Shown here piece after piece: positions 58,438 through 64,000 of a stretch of DNA of 64,000 nucleotides (its first letter is position 1; each line of letters begins with the position of its first letter). A model generated the notes under the pieces. That model did no database searches. It saw only the letters and a list, made by a program, of their open reading frames with translations, and had not been told where the DNA came from. The position numbers and the translations under genes are program-made. The DNA is taken from contig DFOT01000012.1 in assembly GCA_002376875.1 (NCBI GenBank), positions 181,951 to 245,950 of the forward strand. The letters are read 5' to 3'. The DNA is from Opitutia bacterium UBA3534 (lineage in GTDB: Bacteria; Verrucomicrobiota; Verrucomicrobiia; Opitutales; UBA3534).

Positions 58438-59888
58438 CTCACGGTTACAGCCTCTGGAGTTCCTGCTAGAGTGCAAGACTCTCCAATAGGTGCTTTGTGG
58501 TGAGGGAGCAAAGGAATGTTTAGAGCACGCAATATTGAAGGGGCTATTTGAGTACTTTCAACTTCTTCACGCTCTCCTATACCTGGAGCATGGTCACCTA
58601 GCCACAAGCAAATACCGTGGGGCTGGTGGTAGGCAGTACCTTGATCACGGTGAATGACATCGATTCCTGCTTGGGCTAAGGAAATCTTCTTCTGGTTGCC
58701 TTGCTCATCGTGATGGAAAAAGCATTGCTCTCTAACAACCTCTACAGGAGGTTTAAGGGAGAGGTTAATTGTGTTATTTTGCTTCTTAATAGTAGGGAAT
58801 ACAGGCTCTCCCTTAGAACTTAAAAGCCTAGTGGCAATTCCATTAAATTTATCGGCTGCCTCTTTGTTAGCTAGCTCAAAGGCAAAGTCAGGTTGCATGG
58901 CTAGCCTGTCTTCAAAAGTCTCTTGCCAACCGATAGCGTGCATGAATTTATTTTTATCTTCGATGCGTGGCTCACCGATGTATTCTTCTCGAGCGATAGC
59001 TTCTTGACCCATGCTAGAAACAATCACCAGCTCGTATCCATTGCGCTTACTATAGTTATACAGCCACTCACACTGCTGATCAGCAATGTCAAAAGCTTTT
59101 AGGATGTTGTTCGCATAGAAGCGGTGCTTCGGGGTGTCTTCGATAGGTTCATCAAAATCTTCTGGGACAAGGTATTTCCAATAGCGGTGGAGCATCCCTG
59201 CAATGTGGTTAGTGAAAAAGCTTGCATAGCTTACTTCAGGTGATCGCTCAAGTGCGTGAGTAAACACATCAAAGAGTACAGGGGCTTGTAGAATTGAGCG
59301 ACGAGTTCGATAGAGTGGGTTCTTGCGCTCGCGCATCAAGTGCCCAGCAGCTTTGAATAGAGAGCCTAGGGAAACGCCCGAGAAGGGGAGCTTGAGGGCT
59401 GATTTTAAATAGTAAGAGAAAGGTGTCTCCCGAGCAAAAGCACCATCACGGGCTGTCTGCAAAAGGTTAAATGCTTGAGCAGCCTCGTAGCGTTTTGGGT
59501 GTACTTCAGGCGAAGGAGAAAAGGTGTCTGGAATGTAGAAGGACACATTTTCTAGGTCTTGAGGCACAGGGTAGCTTTGTAAGCTCCCACATACACCAAT
59601 TTTTTTATTTGCTTGAGCAATGAGTTCCCAGAGAGGTGGGTACTCATTAGCGCATGAAAGATCTTGGTTAAGGAAGGTGATGTTGTGTACCGTGTTCGCA
59701 ACGCCTCGATGTAAGGTTGGCCATGTGGACCATGGGTGTAGCTCGCCTGTGTCTGGGCAGAAGGTCGTATATGATTTTGCTTCTTTAATGAGTCTAGCAA
59801 GGCAAGAAGAAGGCTTTTTCTTAATATAGAGGTCTAAGATGGGCCAAGGGACTTCATTGACTTCGTATACGATGAATTTTGCTGTCAT
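58434..59888 (-). CDS. Hypothetical protein, probable alkaline-phosphatase/sulfatase-like fold
   Basis: YEVNEVP, HPWSTWPTLHRG, NH....HRYW, SSMGQ and C-terminal YH...G....QIAPSIL. Confidence 0.7.
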   Translation of the reverse strand: MTAKFIVYEVNEVPWPILDLYIKKKPSSCLARLIKEAKSYTTFCPDTGELHPWSTWPTLHRGVANTVHNITFLNQDLSCANEYPPLWELIAQANKKIGVCGSLQSYPVPQDLENVSFYIPDTFSPSPEVHPKRYEAAQAFNLLQTARDGAFARETPFSYYLKSALKLPFSGVSLGSLFKAAGHLMRERKNPLYRTRRSILQAPVLFDVFTHALERSPEVSYASFFTNHIAGMLHRYWKYLVPEDFDEPIEDTPKHRFYANNILKAFDIADQQCEWLYNYSKRNGYELVIVSSMGQEAIAREEYIGEPRIEDKNKFMHAIGWQETFEDRLAMQPDFAFELANKEAADKFNGIATRLLSSKGEPVFPTIKKQNNTINLSLKPPVEVVREQCFFHHDEQGNQKKISLAQAGIDVIHRDQGTAYHQPHGICLWLGDHAPGIGEREEVESTQIAPSILRALNIPLLPHHKAPIGESCTLAGTPEAVTVS

Positions 59889-59976
59889 ATAGAGGCAGGC
59901 TAAGCGAATCCATTGGTGGGGGACAAGGTGAAAATCATTGGATTTTTGTTATCATTAATTGATCTCTTTGATTGGC

Positions 59977-60007
59977 ACAAAAAAACCGCTCTATTGCTAG
60001 AGCGGTT
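59977..60007 (-). terminator. Intrinsic terminator after the IPT/TIG lipoprotein gene
   Basis: 10-bp stem AACCGCTCTA / TAGAGCGGTT (59984-60007), 4-nt loop, T-tract on the minus strand. Confidence 0.8.
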
Positions 60008-60034
60008 CTGGGTATTAAATTGAACCTAAGCGGT

Positions 60035-60943
60035 TTAGCCCTGGATAGATACAGGGATTTGGAGCTCATCAAACCCAGTGGCTTCAACAAAAAGGGTACC
60101 TTCTCCAGGGATGCTTCCTTGAATGGGTACGCTCACCGTGCGGGCTCCTTCTGGGATCATAACCTCTGGCATAACCACGCTACTAGGAACATCTGTAGTG
60201 ATGCTGATCGGTAGTCCGCCGTATGGGGCATCAAAGTCGAGTTTGAAAACAACAATCGTGCTTTCCCCCATCTCTAGATGGATCTCGCTTTGGCTAGACT
60301 TAATACTAGAAGCATCGATACGGAAGTGGCCAATCGGGAGGTTCCCTTGTTCGTTACGCAATTCAACTGGGTAAATTTGCCCAGGAGCAAGAGGTGGGAC
60401 TGTGAAGGTCATCGCGTGCCCAGACTCATAGCGTGTAGAAGCCTCTGTAGCGCCTACATAAATGCGGTCATAAGGGGTAAAGCCGCGCCCAAGTACAGGA
60501 ATGGTTGCTCCCACAGGGCCTCGCTCGCTATCTATGGAAGTAATGTAGCGGTTGACTAGGCTTAGGTGGTAAAGTCCTGAATTCATTTCCTTAGGATCTG
60601 AGTGCGGGTTGGCTTTAGACATTCTAGTTTCATAGTTTACATGAAAATAGTAAGAGGCTTCGTCCTGGCCCGCAGGGATCTTGTAGTCAAAGTCATAGAT
60701 GTAGTCCCCTAGGCTGCTTTCACGCATTGCATAGGTTTCACCGTCAATGGTGATGTAAGCCTGGATTGTTTCCTGAAGTGCATCAGCATCATGAGGTTGG
60801 GCACTCATGCTAATGGTGTAGGTTCCTGATGGGTTGGTTGGGTATTGAGCAGGCGTAAGGTTAGTGACGGCTACTTGTTGGCACCCTGACAGGAAAAGTC
60901 CGAGGATCAAGGCAATGGCTGAGGGAAGGTATTGAATTTTCAT
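60035..60943 (-). CDS. Surface lipoprotein with IPT/TIG-like Ig domains
   Basis: Lipobox LSGC; RGPVGA.I.VLGRGF...FTVP beta-rich pattern. Confidence 0.78.
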   Translation of the reverse strand: MKIQYLPSAIALILGLFLSGCQQVAVTNLTPAQYPTNPSGTYTISMSAQPHDADALQETIQAYITIDGETYAMRESSLGDYIYDFDYKIPAGQDEASYYFHVNYETRMSKANPHSDPKEMNSGLYHLSLVNRYITSIDSERGPVGATIPVLGRGFTPYDRIYVGATEASTRYESGHAMTFTVPPLAPGQIYPVELRNEQGNLPIGHFRIDASSIKSSQSEIHLEMGESTIVVFKLDFDAPYGGLPISITTDVPSSVVMPEVMIPEGARTVSVPIQGSIPGEGTLFVEATGFDELQIPVSIQG

Positions 60944-61029
60944 AAATTTTGCTTAGTGTTGTGGCTTTACTGAATAATTTCACACCTTATACAACAAAGC
61001 CTTTAATCTCCCTAGGATAGAACACCTTC

Positions 61030-62178
61030 ATGAATCTGCAAGCAAAAGCTGACAAAATAGGCCTGTATTGCCATGTGCCGTTTTGTGCAAGTACCTGTGA
61101 TTTTTGTGCATTTTATCAGGAAAAGCCCCGGCGGCAGGATATACAGCGGTATTTCGACTGTATCGAACAAGAGTTATTGAAATCAGGTATTACCAGGGAT
61201 ATTGATACAATCTTTTGGGGTGGGGGGACGCCTGGCTTATTAGCAGCTAAAGACCTTGAGCGCTTGGGCAAAGCTGTACAAGCAGTCTGTAGGGGGCCCG
61301 TAGAGGAGTGGACTGTAGAGATGGCTCCCTCTGTGGTAAAGCTCGACAAACTTAAAGTCCTCAAAGACTTGGGGGTGACTCGGATCTCCATGGGGGTACA
61401 AAGTTTTAACCCCAAGCTTCTTGAATCTTTAGGGCGTTTGCATGCCCCCAATCAAATTTTCCAGGCCCTAGAACGCATCCAGCAAGTAGGCTTTGATGCC
61501 GTTAACTTAGACCTGATATTTTCGATACCTGGGCAAACCTGGGAACTCCTTGAAGAAGATTTGAAACAGGCAACGACCTTGGGTGTGGATCACCTCTCTA
61601 CCTATTGCCTTACGTTTGAAGAAGACACTGCCTTGTACGTGAAACTCTCCGAGGGGAAAATTACTCGCGATGAAGACCAGGAGATTGATTTATATAAAAG
61701 AACCTGGGCTTATTTGGAAGAAGCAGGCTATGCACAGTACGAAGTTTCTAATTTTGCACGCCCAGGGAAGGAATGTTTGCATAATATTAATACTTGGAAA
61801 ATGCATGAATGGTTAGGGGTAGGGCCTTCGGCCTCATCACAGATAGATGGCTTTCGGTTTACGAATGCTAGTGACTTAAGCGCTTGGCAAGAAGGAGTCG
61901 AGCAAGGCAAGCCCGCTTATCAGGAGCGAGTCCCCTTAGATGACACTATTTTGGCTACAGACACGCTTATTTTTGGCCTGAGAATGAATCAAGGCGTTTG
62001 CTTAAATAGGCTCAAGGAACGTTACCCTAAGATGAATTGGGCCTGCTTTAACGCATTTTGGGAGGATTTGGAAGCCGAAGGCTTACTTACTCGCCAATCA
62101 GGCCTCATCACTTTAACTCAAGAAGGGCGTTTGCTTGCGGACTGGATTGGTACTCAATTGCTAGACCTAAACACCTAG
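61030..62178 (+). CDS. hemW: Radical SAM heme chaperone HemW (HemN-like)
   Basis: HVPFCASTCDFC, GGGTP, RISMGVQSF, YEVSNF and HN...W motifs. Confidence 0.87.
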   Translation: MNLQAKADKIGLYCHVPFCASTCDFCAFYQEKPRRQDIQRYFDCIEQELLKSGITRDIDTIFWGGGTPGLLAAKDLERLGKAVQAVCRGPVEEWTVEMAPSVVKLDKLKVLKDLGVTRISMGVQSFNPKLLESLGRLHAPNQIFQALERIQQVGFDAVNLDLIFSIPGQTWELLEEDLKQATTLGVDHLSTYCLTFEEDTALYVKLSEGKITRDEDQEIDLYKRTWAYLEEAGYAQYEVSNFARPGKECLHNINTWKMHEWLGVGPSASSQIDGFRFTNASDLSAWQEGVEQGKPAYQERVPLDDTILATDTLIFGLRMNQGVCLNRLKERYPKMNWACFNAFWEDLEAEGLLTRQSGLITLTQEGRLLADWIGTQLLDLNT

Positions 62179-63056
62179 ACTGTTGCGGCATTTAGGATGT
62201 TGTGGGTTGCCTCTACTTTCATGAGTACTTCTTCGATCATTTCAGGGATAGACTCTACAGAGAGTCCCATGTCAAACCAAGTTGCTTCAGAGAAAGAAAA
62301 ACCACAGGTATCGATTCCATTATGAATACCTTGGTGATTGCAGGCAAAGTTGGCCATATGAATCACTTGAGCCATAATTTCTCCTGGGGTAGAGCCTTCG
62401 TGGGGAGCGGCTGGGCGTTGGTGATCCCAGGCTGCTTTACTAATAATCTCTGGGATTTCCCAGTGGCTTAAGAGTGCGTGCCCTGCTTCTGGGTGGCCAA
62501 TTCCTAGCATTTCTTTCTCGACGATACGTAGTGGTTGTTCGTCGTCGTAAGCGGTTTGTATGACCTCACTGTATTTTTCGCCAAAGTAGTTTGCTAGGAC
62601 AAGAATCCCTAGATCATGGAAAAGCCCTGCTGTATAAGCTTCATCAGAAAGACCATTAATTTTTGGTGAACGTTTTTCGATCAGCTGTGCCGCGAATGCG
62701 ACAGAAAGAGAATGTAGCCAGAATTGGTTAAGTTCAACACCATCAACTTTGTCAAAGGTATTGATGAGGGCCATAGACACAACAATATCGCAAGTCGATT
62801 GAAAGCCAATTCGACCGATTGCCTCATCAATAGAAGCTGTTTTTTCAGAAAACCCAAAGCTGACTGAGTTTGCTAGTCGTAAAATACGTCCTCCTGTAGC
62901 AGGGTCTAGGGAAATAATGTTACTGATGTCTTCCAGAGAAGCCATTGGGTTAGAAATAAGACTTAGCAGCTTATTAATAACCTTTGGCAAGGAAGGCAGC
63001 TTACTTTTGGCTTTAAGCTCTTCTAGTATTTGTTGGGTCGCAGGCATAGGGTGCAA
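62175..63056 (-). CDS. HDOD-domain signalling protein
   Basis: LPSLP, DP....ILRLANS, FWLHS, AGLFHDLG and HPEAG..L..W motifs. Confidence 0.9.
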   Translation of the reverse strand: MHPMPATQQILEELKAKSKLPSLPKVINKLLSLISNPMASLEDISNIISLDPATGGRILRLANSVSFGFSEKTASIDEAIGRIGFQSTCDIVVSMALINTFDKVDGVELNQFWLHSLSVAFAAQLIEKRSPKINGLSDEAYTAGLFHDLGILVLANYFGEKYSEVIQTAYDDEQPLRIVEKEMLGIGHPEAGHALLSHWEIPEIISKAAWDHQRPAAPHEGSTPGEIMAQVIHMANFACNHQGIHNGIDTCGFSFSEATWFDMGLSVESIPEMIEEVLMKVEATHNILNAATV

Positions 63057-63075
63057 TGGATGTATCTTATGAGTG

Positions 63076-63465
63076 TTACATCATTGTATTGTTGAGGCAT
63101 TCCATTATTTTTATAACAAGATCCTCTTGCTCAAAAGGCTTAGCTAAATAATTAGAAGCACCTTCTTGGAGTGCTTCAGTCATGTCTGCTTTAGCTGCTT
63201 GAGTAGTTACCATCATCACAGGGATATGCTTCCAGGCAGGGTTTTGTTTGACTGCTTTGAGCACATCAAGGCCCGACATGACAGGCATATTCCAGTCGAG
63301 TAGAATTAAGGCTATATCTTTAGAGTTTTCTTCTAGTACATCTAGAGCTACTTTTCCGTTGTCAGCAGTTAGGGTTTCTAGGTCAAGTACTTTAGAAGCA
63401 TTGGCTATAATACGTTGGATCGTTTTAGAATCATCAACAGAGAGGATTTTAGATGGATTACTCAT
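63076..63465 (-). CDS. CheY-like single-domain response regulator
   Basis: VDDS, LDWNMP, VTT and KPF motifs. Confidence 0.92.
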   Translation of the reverse strand: MSNPSKILSVDDSKTIQRIIANASKVLDLETLTADNGKVALDVLEENSKDIALILLDWNMPVMSGLDVLKAVKQNPAWKHIPVMMVTTQAAKADMTEALQEGASNYLAKPFEQEDLVIKIMECLNNTMM

Positions 63466-63478
63466 AAGGGAAGAAGGG

Positions 63479-64000
63479 TTATTTTAATTGATAATAAATA
63501 GGGGTTTCGTTGCTGTTAGGGGTGAAAAAGTTACAATAGTCTGAGGGTGTTTCAGTTGGGCCTACGATAAGAATCCCATTAGGGTTTAGCGCCTTTGCTA
63601 TCCGATCAAAAAGATTCTTTTTTACTGCTTCTGAAAAATAAGCAGTCACATTACGGCAAAATATAAGATCAAATTTCCCTAAAGAAGAGAAATCCTTCTG
63701 GAGGTTGAATTTTTTAAATTTTACTGACTCTCGAATTTTTTGATCGATCGTAAAGTTCCCTTTTTCTTCAGTAAAATATTCTTTGTATAAAGGTGAAAGA
63801 CCTCGAGCCATAGCAAGGCGATCGTACTTGCCAGCAATAGCAAAATAGAGGACCTTTGGAGAAATATCGGTGCCTAAAGATTCAAATTGAGATAGACTGA
63901 TGGTCTCTGTTAAGTCTTTAGTGTAAAGGATATGGTCCAGCAGCATCTGGTAGGAATAAACCTCTTGACCTGTGGAGCAACTCGTTGACCAGGTGCGTAT
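63479..64000 (-). CDS. cheR: Chemotaxis methyltransferase CheR, C-terminal part; truncated by window edge
   Basis: Frame is open to the edge: IRTWSTSCSTGQEVYS, then TDIS and FDLIFCRNV..YF. Confidence 0.9.
   Translation of the reverse strand: MRTWSTSCSTGQEVYSYQMLLDHILYTKDLTETISLSQFESLGTDISPKVLYFAIAGKYDRLAMARGLSPLYKEYFTEEKGNFTIDQKIRESVKFKKFNLQKDFSSLGKFDLIFCRNVTAYFSEAVKKNLFDRIAKALNPNGILIVGPTETPSDYCNFFTPNSNETPIYYQLK

Noticed and set aside
1-64000. Many 60-160 aa alternative-frame ORFs (e.g. 18399-18875, 25897-26370, 40371-40808)
   Set aside because: They lie within well-supported genes and lack recognisable motifs; treated as shadow ORFs.
1-64000. tRNA, rRNA, IS, integrase or defence systems
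   Set aside because: Intergenic gaps are short, and none shows a cloverleaf, terminal repeats with a transposase, or defence-domain motifs that I can recognise.

Overview
Gene-dense chromosomal window of ~60 CDS with many 1-41 bp overlaps. I recognised no rRNA, tRNA, CRISPR, transposase or phage genes. Gene content and style (long three-domain IspG, ACIII fused in one run with a cbb3-type oxidase, SMUG1-like UDG, xseB-dxs, scarce Shine-Dalgarno motifs) suggest a Verrucomicrobiota (Opitutales-like) bacterium. Two ankyrin proteins and four APC amino-acid permeases hint at a host-associated lifestyle. Both points are inference. Main blocks: peptidases; a foreign-looking PuuD-like hydrolase plus permease behind a palindromic promoter; three tandem GadC-like permeases coupled to ispG-rph; ankyrin protein 1; Cu-ATPase-actABCDEFG-ccoSNO-cytochrome c; Prx-acnA; trkH/kamA; ankyrin protein 2; carA/yciH and pyrBC; a 9-kb surface-glycan island; housekeeping genes; and the end of a CheR-CheY-HDOD locus. 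Best leads: an eIF4B/eIF3g-like SWAEEME motif in ankyrin 1, permease paralogs with differently placed intramembrane Lys/Arg, a divergent CcoN with extra small membrane ORFs, a probable ATA start codon, and two regulatory repeat structures. All calls come from reading motifs by eye; no searches were run.
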